Of a stretch of DNA of 64,000 nt, positions 11,753-24,390 are shown piece by piece. Every line of letters starts with the position of its first letter. Within the stretch, counting starts at the first letter, position 1. Both the position numbers and the translations under genes were made by a program. The notes beneath the pieces were generated by a model, which was not told the DNA's origin, did no database searches, and saw only the letters and a list, made by a program, of their open reading frames with translations. This DNA comes from the human T2T-CHM13v2.0 reference genome, Homo sapiens: the NCBI RefSeq assembly GCF_009914755.1, contig NC_060927.1; one strand, 5' to 3'.

Positions 11753-14587
11753 TATACAGTGGATGCTACATGTGCCTTTCAGCTCTGCTCCTCAGGACTG
11801 AGGCACTTATTCCCTCAGTGGCCAGGCCCATTGCCTGCTAACCGCTCATAGCACAGTCCTTTCCTGAAATTGTCCTAGGATAAAGGGAGCTGCCTTACTC
11901 CAGTGACAAGTTGAAGTGGGGGTACAAATGCCGATCCCCTGGCTTCAGTATGGGACATCTCTGAAGAGCCATTTCAATTTCAGAGCTCCCCATGGGATCA
12001 GCTCAGGGGTCTGTTCCTCTCTGCTCCATCACTGGCTTACAGGAGCCGTTCCCAAGAGGACACACAAGGAAACCTCCATCTCAAGAGTTTGCTTTGAGGG
12101 AATGCACCTATGAAGGTTGGTGCCAGGTATAATTTTAAGAAGCAAAATCCAAACTAGGATTTTGAAGCTGGACCACTGACTGCATCTGCATGGGAGACTC
12201 CAAGCAAGACCTACAGAAGACTGATTTAGTTAAGTCCCTATTAAACTGTAGAATTATGCCAAATAACAAAATAGCTGCTGTTTTAAGCCACCACATTTTG
12301 GAGTGATTTGTTATTCAGTGTCAGATAACTTAAACAATTATAAGTAAAAAACAACATAGCATTCTGGGGAGAACGGCAGACATTATTATAACTGATAAAG
12401 ATCTCAATCATCTCAAAGGGCAGAACATTGAGTGGTACATATGATTGTAAACTTTTACGAAAGGAGAAGTGGTTCAAGGTGAGACTATGAATGCACTAAC
12501 AGGCAGTGGTAAATGGCTTGGCTTTTTAGTCAGAGGTCTGAAAGAAGAAATACTGGAAGAACGGGGATAAGGAGGTCCAGGAAAGAGGCACATAAATGGA
12601 CCTATGGGAATGGTCACAAAGTGTGAGAATCTCTGTAATGCAAGTTGATGCCAACCAGAAGGTATCCCATGGAAGAAGCACTAAACAACCATGAAGACGG
12701 AATGATGTGTTCAGTTGTCATTGGCCATCCTTTTTACTATTTACCTTAGGGCTGACACAATGCTGTCACAGTGAGTATATCCACAAGGATGGAGTAGCTG
12801 TGGTCACTGAAATAGAGGCTTACATATGGGCCCAATGACAGGTGTTCCCACTTACCATGGCTGATCTAGCTACTGTCACTACTGAATGTGCTACCCTCCC
12901 GCAACAGAGACCAACACTAAGTTCCAATATTGCCCCATCCCTTGATGGCAAGTTGCCTACATTGGGCTCCTTCCACTGTAGAGGAGGTGGAAGTAATTAA
13001 TTTTAACTAGAATCTACGCATATTCCAGGTACAGGCTTGCCTTTCCCACAGGACTCAGCCAGCATCACTATCCAAACAAAACTGAGTGTTTTGTTCACTG
13101 ACATGGGATCTGACATAACAATTCACTGGACTGAGGAGCTTGCTTTATAGCAAAGAAAGTACGAGAGTGGGCACATAACCATAGGACCTACTAGTCCCAC
13201 TATGTACTGCATCCTCCAGAAGCTTTTAGCCTGATAGAACAACAAAATAGCCTTCTGATGGTACTGCTGAGGTGCTAGCTTAGAGCAGATACCCTAAAAG
13301 GATAGGGTGACGTCCTCAAGGATAGAGTATATGCCCTAAATCAACATTCATTATATGATGCTATTTCCCTAATAGGTAGGGTACATGAGTCTGAGAAGTC
13401 AAGGGTACATATAGTGGTGGTACAGTTTACTGTCACTTTCCGTGGCCCATTTGAGGAATTTTTGCTTCCATCTCTACTCTAGGTCTACAGTTCCTGAATT
13501 TATCCACTAGGCAACACTGTATAAGTCTCATTAAACTTTAAACTATGAGTGGCACCTAGTCGCTTTGGAATCCTTATACCAGGAGACCAGCAAGTAAGGA
13601 AAAAGAGTCACCATTTTTGCAGAGTTAATTTACCATAATACCCAGAAGGAAGGACTAGTGTTTCACAATGGGGCAGGAAAGAATATGTTTGGCACCCAAG
13701 AAATTGAGTTGACTCTTGTCTGGCTAATTTTGAGGGTAAGTGGTCAGGTGCAGCTTGATGGCCTAAAAAGAGCATGGTAACCAGGAATTTAGATCTGTCA
13801 GGAACAGGGAACTCAAGATTGGCAGCGTTGCTAGCTCATGGTGTGGGACATCTAGAATAGGAAGCTGAGGTATCAGTTGAAAGGCTGAGTATCAGTTTCT
13901 GCCAAGGTAACAGCCCCCCCAGTTTGCCCCAGACTGTCCTGGTTTTATGACTGAAAATCTTGCATCCCAGGAAACCTCTATGTTCTAGTTGCAGACTGGA
14001 GACCAGCTGCAGTGGTGGGATCTGTTAAGTTCGCCCCACTAACCTTTCCCTTGCAAGCTTTCCCAGGAAAAGAGACCAACTGGAATCCTGGAGGAGTTGC
14101 TTCTAAATGGGATAGACTTACAAATATGAAGGGAGTGGATTTGAATGGTACAAGGAGTGGAGTGTAGGGAATGCTGTAGTGCACCCAGATCCTTCCTTCC
14201 CTATCAAGGAACTCATTCCCCAGAAATGTTGCCTGCTTATGGCTCATAGATAAGTCCCTCTTCAAGAATTTCCCTCAGTCAAAGGGAAGCTACCTTGTCC
14301 AAGGTCATGATCTAGGGTAAAGCCTGATTTAGTAACTGGTCAATGCAGGGGTAGGAAAGCCTGGCCTATTGCTTCACCTTGGGCCACTTGGAGGGCCATC
14401 CCAACTTTATGATTCCCCACGGGATTGCCTATGGCCTTTCTTGCAATTGTATTTCATTTCAACTTCTTCCTCTGTCCTGTTTCTTTCACTCTCTTATGGG
14501 AATTGTTCCCAAGAACACTCCACAGTAAACCCCCTGCCTGCCATCTCCATCTCAGAGTTCGTTTCCTGGGAAAGCTAGTCTGCAACA
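11753..14587 (+). mobile_element. Degenerate ERV-L provirus: LTR16-like 5' LTR (~11753-12115), internal pol/integrase remnants, LTR16-like 3' LTR (14163-14587)
   Basis: Both LTRs end with 'ctccatctca(a)gagtt..gtttc/gcttt'; PBS-like 'gttggtgccagg' at 12116; integrase-like remnant at ~13100-13260; purine tract 'aaggagtggag' before the 3' LTR. Confidence 0.7.
13905..13985. mobile_element. hAT MITE (MER81-like) nested in the ERV-L internal region
   Basis: 'ccagtttgccccagactgtcctggtttt...gcatcccaggaaacc'. Confidence 0.55.
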
Positions 14588-15429
14588 TGCCATTTCATCA
14601 TCTTGTTGCACCTGGCTGAACCCTTTGCAATGGGTCACTGTATGCAACCACCATAGTTAACAGATGTGATATATAACAGAGACTCCCCGTGTCTCTGGTT
14701 ATGATACACGGCCACTAATTTTTCCATAATTTTTTGGCTTACCGACAACTTTTTTTATGTTCACTATTTCCTGCCAACCCACATTAAGGAAAAAATGCAT
14801 ATATAGTTGCCTTATAATCTCCAGAACACATTAAAAACACTCAAAACAATACTTTGGTTTTATACTTGTAATAAATCAATACAGATTAAGCATAATTTAT
14901 TATGTTCACATTTCTTTTCCATTACAACTGCCATTTTGAATAATTTATATTAGCATTTTTGTTTTGAGTGTTATTGAGAATTCATGGCCTTTCATGTACA
15001 CACAAAAACTTATTTAACTATAAAGTGTGATATCAATCTGTGCTCAAATTATCATAAGTTCCCCAGTCAGAGTCTCTTCACACAGGTTCCATTTACTTTT
15101 AATACTGACCATAACACTCTTTAAAGCTTCCTTACTTATTCCAGACTCATCTGAATTTTCCTTTTCACAAAATATGGAATCTTCTACCCTCAAAGGATCC
15201 TGATTCTTCTTATAGACCAAGATTTGAGTGCTAGGAGTAATATCTTGAGTTGCTGATTGGCAGGATGCAGTTGCTGCTATTGGACCACTTTCAGAAATGA
15301 CAACATTGGAGAAGATAAATTTGTGTTCTCAAATTGATGTTACCAATTTGACACTTCATGTTGTTTTACCTTCTTTACTCATGGTTCCATTGATCACTAA
15401 GACTTTGTATCATATTTACAGCCTTATTT

Positions 15430-15560
15430 AATTTTTATGATAATTCTCTGAGGTAAGCATTGTTATCTCATTTACAGATGAGGAAGACGAGGCCTATAAG
15501 TTTAAGTGACTTGTCTAAGGCCAGAGGAACAAGTGGCTGAGCAGAACTGAATCCTAGCTT
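15430..15560 (-). mobile_element. MIR SINE
   Basis: 'catttacagatgaggaagacgaggcc...tttaagtgacttgtctaaggcca'. Confidence 0.7.
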
Positions 15561-15619
15561 TTCCAAGTCATACTTTCTTGTAGGACTATACTTTTATTCA
15601 CAGGGCTGAAGTCCCAGAA

Positions 15620-16030
15620 GCCAGGTTTCCACTTCCAGACCCTGCCTCTCTGGCCAGAGTTGATTGAACTAAGAGTGGATACCTGACCCAAGCTGGACCA
15701 ACTAGATTTTTTTCTTCCAAAAACTCGGAATTAAGAATATGACTAGTCAGCCTGGGCTGGTCTTTTGAAGAGATAGGATGGAGTCTTGGGAGTTGATATT
15801 GTTACCTTCTGCTCATACGTATATAGAGACGCTTCTAGGCTGGCCTGCAGAAAGAAAACAAGAAGCAGATTGCCAGATAGATCTCCTCTTTTTGGCTTCC
15901 ATCCTTCCCTTATTCCACCTTCCTTTTGGCTCCTGAGATACTCCTATATCTTCCTAAATTTCTTTTTTTTTTCCATATTGAAGCCAATTTGAGTTACTTT
16001 TCGTTACTTACAACCAATGAGACTTAACCA
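15620..16030 (+). mobile_element. Old MaLR LTR (MLT1K/L-like)
   Basis: 'ggatacctgacccaagctggaccaa' core and a 'ttacttacaacca' end. Confidence 0.5.
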
Positions 16031-16839
16031 AGACAGAGGTCCTCTTGTCTGGTCATGTTTGTGGTGCTCAAGTGTTGCTGCACAACCTTTTCTCCCCCTC
16101 TCCCTCCTCCCTTCCTTCATCATTTCTCCCTTCTTTCCTCCCCCTTTCCTCTTTTTATTTTTTTCTCCCAAGACTGCATTATAATTGTGCATTCAGATTA
16201 CAGAGAATCCCTGTTCTAACCCAAAGCCATTTTCCTGCCAGGAATCCCAGAGCTACAAACTCTCAGCTTCAGAGGGAAAGTGAAACTGAAGAGTTTACCT
16301 CCCAGAATATAGCTTATAATCTGTTGTCTGAAGAAAATAAGCAAAGTCATTGTTCTTCCCTAAAGGCAGCCTCCTCTTAGTTAAGTAAGTATGTCTAGTT
16401 CTATTTACGTGAGCGTCTGCAGCTCCTTTCACTGAGAAGGAAATAACAAGCACCTAGAAGACAAGAGAAAACAAGACAGGATTGTGGCCTTTTACATGTG
16501 TTTCGTCATCCTTCTTCAAGAGTCTTTAATATAGAAGAAGAGAGATTTGACAGTCCCTCCACCTGTTAGTGAAGAAGAGTTAAAATGCAGTAGGTTTGTT
16601 TAAAAGTATTTGATAAATTCCCACTCAATATCAATATTCTTGCTTGCTGTGGCAAAGGGAAAACAAACAAAAAGAACCTGGAAATAACCCAGATTTTTGG
16701 AAATAGGTGAATGGCTGGGCAAACTATGATACAGCTGCACTTTAGAAAGCTGAGCAGTTATTAAAAAGAATGATTTACAGCAACATGTATTATAGGAGGT
16801 GCTCTATCTGGGGCAAAGCCTGCTTGTTACACCTCCCCT

Positions 16840-17345
16840 CCTAGCTCCTCATAAGTCCACCCCTTTCAATGATTTTTCACTGGGTACATAGCTGCCAGGA
16901 AAAAAAGATTATACTTCCCAGTTTCCCTTGCAGCCAGGTATAGCCATGTGATCAGTTAATGAGATATGAGGGAAAGTGAGATGAGCAACTTCTCTGCTGT
17001 GTTTTTAAAAGGAGGTGGAGAGTGGGGTGGGATGCCCTTTCTTCCCCCTTTCCTCCTCCATCTTATTTCCTGGAACCTGGCTGTGATGGAAAACTAACTT
17101 AGGCCATGAGGATGAGGGGTACTGCTTGGAGAAGGTGAACAATAAAACAGAAAGAGCTTGGATTCTTCAATATATGGCACAGAGTTCCAGAAAGTCCCTG
17201 GACTTCTGTTAAGTCAGGCAGAAATAGACTCCTTTTTTAGAAAAAAAAAATTAATTTTAATTCTAATTTTATTTTTAGAAAAAATTTCTGTGTTGTTCAT
17301 TTGAATCTCTGTTACCTGGAACCAAAGCCAGAGTCTAATTAATAC
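16840..17345 (+). mobile_element. Old MaLR LTR (MLT1H/J-like) within L1ME 3' fragments (~16680-17620)
   Basis: 'cttcccagtttcccttgcagccaggtatagccatgtga' MLT1 core; flanking L1ME-like 'aataggtgaatggctgggcaaactatg'. Confidence 0.55.
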
Positions 17346-18243
17346 CTTATCTAAGTAGAAATAGTAATTTAGTTGTGCAGTAATGTGTGTGGTATAGTAT
17401 CTTTAAAAATATCTGTGAAACAAACAATCCACCTTGTACATATGCATATGTGCCCAGAAACATTGAAATGATCATGAAAATGGTGGGAAAGTATATGGCC
17501 AAGTTTCTAACTTGGATGCCCTTAGGGGTGGGGAGGGAGGAGGGTGTTCCTGTTTTTCTTTAACATCTTTTCTTCTTGTTGTTTGACTTGTTATAATAAT
17601 AAAATCTCTTTTTAATTTACAGAAAAACATTATTTCAAGTCTTCTTGAAATAGGAGCAGCTAACATGAAATTGCTTATTTAAACCATGCAGTTGAAGGCT
17701 TTTGAGGCAGAGAAGCCCAGCATGTGCTGCTATGGTAGGGAGCTGCATCTGTCCTAGAGCTTCCTATCTGTGGGGTCGTTCTCTCAAACTTGCTTCTAGA
17801 TAGAGGTCTTGCTGGCTCTTTTATGTGGTTGGGTAAGTGCTATTGGGGGAAGACTGATTATTTTGCATTTAAAAAGAAGAACTATTGTGTTTTTCACAAA
17901 ATTGTCTCTAGATTTGCTTCCACTGTGGAGTGATTACGGGAAGAGGTGGACAGAATGAGTGAGGGGAATAATTAAGCTGCAGGAAGGCATCTTTCTAGTG
18001 ATTCCCAACCAGCTGGCCACATGGCCCAGGCTCAGGGTGAGAAGCTCAGGGTGTGTCACACAGCCCTGCATTTACTGCCCATGATGAATACAACAACATT
18101 ACCCACAGGGTGCAGAGACAGTTACATATTTGTTGATATGGCCTCAGTTGGAAATGAAAATTTGGAAATCATAGGCATCTTCCAGGTCAGTAAGCAGCAA
18201 TAAAAGCTTTCAAATGCCTTTTCCAAGTTTTGTTAGAATTGTA

Positions 18244-18244
18244 T

Positions 18245-18292
<48 letters not shown>

Positions 18293-18298
18293 AGAGAG
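18244..18298. repeat. (TG)n/(AG)n microsatellite
   Basis: Directly visible. Confidence 0.95.
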
Positions 18299-18304
18299 GA
18301 AGAG

Positions 18305-19410
18305 TATATATCAGACTTTTAAAGTGTCAGACTCAGTTCATCTCTCCTAGATCCCAGAAAGGCCCAGAAAGGAAACACCTGGGTGCATTAATGGAGATTC
18401 TCTACAGATGCAAATTCCCCCACAAAAGGCAGTTTTGCAAGACCACTTCAGTCTGCTGGCAGCCATTTCAAAATATGTCAAAGAAATATGTTTTGGGGTA
18501 AAGTATTTTGATTTCTTTCAGTTCCCACTTTGAACTTAAAATAAGTTTCACGTATTAAATGCCAACCTGATAGCTTTGGAGAAATTTGGGTTAGAGGTTG
18601 TTAGATAGAGACAAAGGAATGGAAACACAGATTGAGATAAACAAAAAAAGAGCAGGTTTTTTTGTTTTTTTGTTTTTTTGTTTTTTTGAGATGGGGTCTT
18701 GCTCTGTTGCCCAGGCTGGAGTGCAGTGGCATGATCTTGGCTCACTGCAACCTCCACCTCCCAGTTCAAGCGATTCTCCTGCCTCAGCCTCCCAAGTAGC
18801 TGGGATTACAGGCACCTGTCACCACACCCAGCTAATTTTTGTATTTTTAGTAGAGACGGGGTTTCACCATGTTGGCCAGGCTGGTCTCAAACTCCTGACC
18901 TCAGGTGACCCACCTGCCTTGGCCTCCCAAAGTGCTGGGATCTACAGGCGTGAGCCACTACACTTGGCCAAAAGAGCAAATTTTAATATATCATCCCACA
19001 TCTTCTTTAGCTGGTCTCTTAGTCCTGAGAATAGATCACTTCAGTTAAACAGTTGTGTCCTATTCCAGGAGGTGGCATTGCAGATGAGTGAGGCCTCTAT
19101 ACATGATGCTGGCAAACAGATCTTTAATAAGAGACATTTCTATAGAAACAAATGTTAATGTCTGGAGAAATCTACAGACTAGTTTTTCTACAGTCTCTGA
19201 AGCATCTTCAGATTACAGTGGCAATCTAACAGATTCTTTTTGGATTGTAGTTTGGAATTAGGCATTCAAGTGAACTTTCTGAGAAGTCCATATATTATTA
19301 GGCAAGAAAGTTGTTTATATATAAGTTGCTGTTATTTCTCCTGAAGTTCAAGTTGTCTAGCGTCAGTCTGAGAGTCTTTAAGAAAAGCATAGTTTTAATT
19401 TCTAGTGATT
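18305..19410 (-). mobile_element. ERV1 MER4-group LTR (LOR1/MER34-like, to ~18520) plus internal sequence, interrupted by an Alu
   Basis: 'ccatttcaaaatatgtcaaagaaatatgttttggggtaaagtattttgatttctttca' terminus; following sequence resembles MER4-group internal. Confidence 0.6.
18657..18969 (-). mobile_element. AluS (Sx/Sz-like)
   Basis: Full dimer, 'ctgacctcaggtga'; TSD aaaagagca. Confidence 0.95.
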
Positions 19411-20444
19411 CTAAAGGACTATATTTTGACAATGGTTAATGCATTATAGGAGCATAGGAGCTAATTAATTTCCCTCCCACTTTATCAAGGAAAGGGAAAC
19501 CAATGGCTTCCTTTGGCATTTCGTCCCTTCATAAAGTAGGAAAAAAAAAACACCTTGGTTTCTCTTTTCTTCATAAAGTAGAAAAAAAGACAGTAAGAAT
19601 GAAGGGTGTGGCTCATACACATTTGGAGGTATCTCTTTTAGGACAAACAGAAGGCTGTCAAAAAAGTATTAAATGAATTTGAACTGGCATCCTTAATTTT
19701 ACATTGGTAGAGGTTGTCTGCCATAATAAAAAGAATATGCATTTTAGGATCAGGTAGATCTGGGTCGAAATAGTTAATTTCCAAGTTACATTAGTGTAAT
19801 AGGATGTAGAAATAAAACTTTTTTTTTGCTATTAGTTTCAGCTAGACCCTCTAGACCATGAAATAACTTACACTACAAAGTGAGGTATGAGACTGCCATG
19901 CAGGGCTTGAAAAAGGAGGTGTTTAAAACCAGTTTTGGATTTCTTATCCTCTTCAGCCATCAAGGTTATAAAAGGGTTAAATAGAGATTAGAAGAAGATT
20001 TTTGTTGGGAAAGTTGAAGCATTTTTCTTTTAACTCCAGCCTAGGGAGAAGGTCTTCAATGGGGCAACCAGTGGGCTTGACATGTGGCCCAGTGGACAGG
20101 CACCTGAGTCATGTTTGAGACATCAGAAAGGCAAGAGACTATTGTTGCTTTGCTTCTCTGAGAGAGGAGTGAAAAGATATTGCTGCAAAGGGGATGACTT
20201 TACTCCCCAAGTTGACTGGGGCAGAGAATATACATTTCCTTTTTTTGTTCATGAAAGAAAATGTTCTACTGATATGCTTCCTTTTGACCAGATGTTGCAC
20301 AGGTGTGTGAGAAAACCAATGAGGGGTTCTCTTAAATAGCAACCAAGAACACTGCCTGGAAGGGCAAGTTGAACCCAGCAGAGAGTGCTGTTGGGTACTG
20401 CTGGACTCAGTCGCACGGGAGAAACCCAGTACAGTGGGGGTCGG

Positions 20445-21140
20445 TGTGTCTCTGAAGAAACCAAAAAATGCCCCTCAAAACAAAGAGTCGGTTGTATGTA
20501 GCTATTAATCCTAGAAAGCACTGACATCAATCACACTAATGTGGCCTTTGGGGCTTACTACTAAAGGAGACTCATAGGACCCCAAATGACAATACCTATG
20601 GATCTATATTCTATTATAGGAAAAGGATAAAATATAGCATCATCATTAAAGCAAGGATGTACATCTTGGGCAAAGGCTACCTCCCAGCAAGGGGTCTGGA
20701 GACACCAAGGGCAAGCTCCAATCGTCTTCCCTCTGTCAGGCCATGGCAGGCTGCACTTGCTCTCTCAGATCAGGAACCACTGATGTGTTCACGGAATACC
20801 TAGTAACCAGGGAGCCCAAAGTGGAGTTTCAGCTGGGGTTTCTTATACCCTGCTGATGATATAGGTATATTTTTGCTATGCAACCAGTTGCAATGGCAGA
20901 GGCTTTGGGGCAGGGGGCGGAGGGCAGTCTTACTAAGACTAGGTCCAAATAATCAATCTTACTGCTGTCAATAAATAATGCTGACAAGCTGATAAAAAGC
21001 ACCCAAAAGCTCCTTGGACATGTGGTTATAAAGTGACATTATTAATCAGTTGTTGACCGGAATTGTGCCATGCTGGTAAAATTCTTTTGAGTAAAACAGC
21101 TCAGGCTTACTCCACACCTGCTGGGGTTAACCTTCATAAC
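20445..21140 (-). mobile_element. ERVL LTR, MER21/MER68/MER77 group
   Basis: 'aaggagactcataggac...tattataggaaaaggata...gggtctggagacaccaagggcaagctcc'. Confidence 0.5.
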
Positions 21141-21959
21141 ATACTAACTCATGACGGTATCTGTCTAGTAAGAACATTTCTGTCCTTTACTTCTTGCTGC
21201 TCTCTAAGCCAAAATGGGGTGGAAGTAGCCTAGAGAACAAAGAAGGAGAATAGAAACTCCAAATGGAGAAAGAGAAAAAGAGTTGACCACATCTATTTTT
21301 TTTTCTCAAAGCATATCTGATTTGGGGGGCAGGAAGATTTAATTCTAAATGAAGTTAAATCTTGTGACTATTGCATAGGGCGAGAAATAAAACTTTTTTT
21401 TTTTTTAACTAAACTGGAACTGATTTTATTATCACAAGTAGTTGGAAACTTTTAAAATTAATGATGAATGACCATAAAACCACAAGACTTGCCTTAAATT
21501 TCATCTAGAGGGCTGGGGAAAAATTACCTTGACAAAATGGGTTTGAATGGGTAGGAGGAGAAAATGATCAAGTCATTTGTTGATTATATCACATGAGTTT
21601 TATTCTTTTAATATATTGTCTATAAGATATATTGAAAATAAAATTGGAGCAGTGTTAAGGAATGTTCAAGCAAAATTAGAGATGTTAAAAACAAGTAAGT
21701 AAATAGATACATAAAACTTCCCCCTTCCTACTCCCAAACCTAACTATAAACAAGCATTGGAATCTTTTTGCTTTCTTAATAAGGCAAAATGTTTATATAC
21801 ATCATTTGGTCTTAGGGTGAAGGATAAGGGATTAAGGTACAAGTTTCATGAGCTTAAGAGCTGATTAGCAGGATTAGGAGATATCTTGCACAGCTGAGAA
21901 GATTGCAGGGTTGAGCCCTGAAAGATGTTCTTCTAGGCCATTAAGGCAGGCAACCAGAA

Positions 21960-22250
21960 GCAAAATGTCAACTACTTTTTTTCCAGCTCCCTTACGGTTA
22001 GTTTGGGACTATGTGGCTGGGTTCTGGCCATCAGATGCAGGCAGAAGTGGTGTGAGTCACAGACCTTGGTTTTTAAAAGCCTGCTGGGTGGACCCTCCAG
22101 ATTCCTCTTTATCTGCCACTGAGACCTTTAAAGGTCATGCTTTTAGATGGAGTAGCTGCAAGACAGAGGAACTTCTGATCTGTATAGGGCTTTGCAAGAG
22201 CACGTTGAGCCACAGAAATGTTGGGTTAAACACAGGTTAAACTATCCCGA
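21960..22250 (+). mobile_element. Old MaLR LTR (MLT1I/J-like)
   Basis: 'ccagctcccttacggttag...atgtggctgggttctggcca'. Confidence 0.5.
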
Positions 22251-23275
22251 CTATTTCATGGGAAAAGAACAATGAAGAAAAGGAGAAGGAACATGAAATA
22301 GTTTTCACAAACAAAAGTCTAAAGGTAGAATCAATATTTCTTTTAGGTCAATGGTTGATGGAGAGAAAAGGAAATAGGGAAAGAGAGAAGAAAAGACATT
22401 AAATAACTCTACTTTGTGGTTGTATTAAAAATCTTTTAAGGAAGAAAAACATACATATGCATATATATATGCATAGAATTTTCACAAGCTGAACATGTCA
22501 TATAACCAGCACATGAGTCAAAAAGCTGTAGCCTTACCAGGATCTCAGAAGCTCCCTTCATGGCCCCTTTCAGTCACAGCCCCACAGGAACACTCACCAT
22601 CCTGACCTCTAACCGCTATGGCTGCAGGTTGACCTTTTGCTTGACCATGTGGTTAAAAAAGAATATCACTCTCCAGCTCCACTAAAGTTTCTGTATTACC
22701 CAGAAACCAAGTTTCTTGAAATTTCTTAATTTTTCTAGTTTTTTTTATTACTAGTAGAGAAACAAGTAAAGACAACGAGGAATTAAATGAAACAATGATC
22801 ACACTGATTTTGATCCTTAGTAAATTCTGTTTTAGTTTAATTTTATTTTCTTTGAATAAATCTTATACATTTTTGTGTGTCCATAAGAATTTATAAAATT
22901 AGTTATACATATTTCCACAAAAGACGTCTTATTACATTTAAAGTTAGAGATTTTATGAGGCAAGTTGTATGGTCATAATCCAATACAATTATAAACAAAC
23001 AAATACTGGAGAGTAACCAAAATAGCACTACCTAGAGAATAAAAATAAATAGATAATACTTGGTCCAGTTGGAAATAAAAATGGAATTTACAATCTATTT
23101 AAAAGCAGTAAAAATAATACTTTATACAAAAACTTTAATGATCACTGCAAAAGCTAGTCTCATAAAAAATTTATAGCCTTAAATATCTTTACTATTATAG
23201 AAGAAAGACTACAACTAAACATATTCCCTATCTTAAAGATAGCAAAAATATAAAGTAAACCAAGAAGTGAGGATT

Positions 23276-23930
23276 ACCGTATCTCATCAATTCAAGGCCT
23301 GCTTTATTTTTTATTCTGACATCTCTGAAATCGGAATGTGTCCTCAATTTCTGTTGACCACGTAGCAGTGTAACCTTGTTGTTATTGCCTATGCTTGTAA
23401 GAACCTGGCTGTCTTTCCTGGTGACATGATTGAAATCCCTTGGCATGTCAGTCAAAAAACCATTTAAGCACTGTTTGGGGAGGGAGTATGAGTACTGGTT
23501 GATGTCTGCAATATTTTGAATGACACTTCCAGAAGAAGATAACTAGCATTGAAACTTACAGAGTAAGTATCAACAGTTTAGAATAAATCTTGGATGCAAC
23601 AGCAGAACACTCTTAAGAAATACTACATCACCAGCACAGAGGACAATATTATGTGCAAAATATGAACACTGAAGATTGAATCCACAATGATTTAAAAGAC
23701 CCGGACTCTCAAGGAGAAGACATTTTAGAAATACCTTAAGCAAAATTATTTTTTCCTTTTATGGAGGCACAAAAGACATGATTAAAATTCATGCCTAAAT
23801 ACATCTAAAAGAGCTCTTCTAATAAACACAAATAAACATTTTAAATGATAAGAAGGCCTTATGTTCTAGATTATGTGAAAGCACTTTGTCTTTCTAAGTG
23901 ATATCCAAAATAATGATGAAATGTGATAAT
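23276..23930. mobile_element. Tigger-family DNA transposon (Tigger12/13-like) nested in L1M
   Basis: TIR-like start 'taccgtatctcatcaattc...acatctctgaaatcggaatg' and an end 'gatgaaatgtgata'. Confidence 0.55.
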
Positions 23931-24169
23931 ATAGCCAAAAGCCACAGTTAAAGAAATAGAATACTAAAAGATTTGCATGCATAAATAAATGTGAAAACTA
24001 GTTTTTTGAAAAAGTTAGGCTCTTCGTGAGCCTACTTAAGAAAAAAGCGTGAGAGCAAAAACAGACAAGACTAGGAGCAAGAAGAGAGAGCTACAGATAA
24101 GGCAAATATTAAAACTGTAAGAGCATATGACATGCAGCTCATTGGCAGTCTATTTGAAAATCAAGAACA

Positions 24170-24390
24170 TGGACTGGCACACTTTTTCTGTTGGTGGGTC
24201 AGGTAGTAAATATATTAGCATCTGTGAGCCAAGAGGTAAAATCAAAGCCATTACGTGGGCATTTAAATAACCATTTAAAATGTAATCATTAAACAGTGTA
24301 TAAATCATTCTTAGTTCAGCGGCTGTAGAAAAACAGGTGGTAGGCCTAGGCTTGTGCCCATGGGCCACTGTTTGCTAACTTGATCCAGAG
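24170..24390. mobile_element. MER58-type hAT MITE
   Basis: 'ggcacactttttctg...ggtagtaaatatattagc...gggccactgtttgctaac'. Confidence 0.7.

Noticed and set aside
18598-19158. Longest ORF (186 aa) and other Alu-overlapping ORFs (10560, 28596, 33354, 37827, 49419, 58668)
   Set aside because: These are translations of Alu sequence (e.g. 'SLQPPPP...[10 protein letters not shown]'), a classic false-gene signature.
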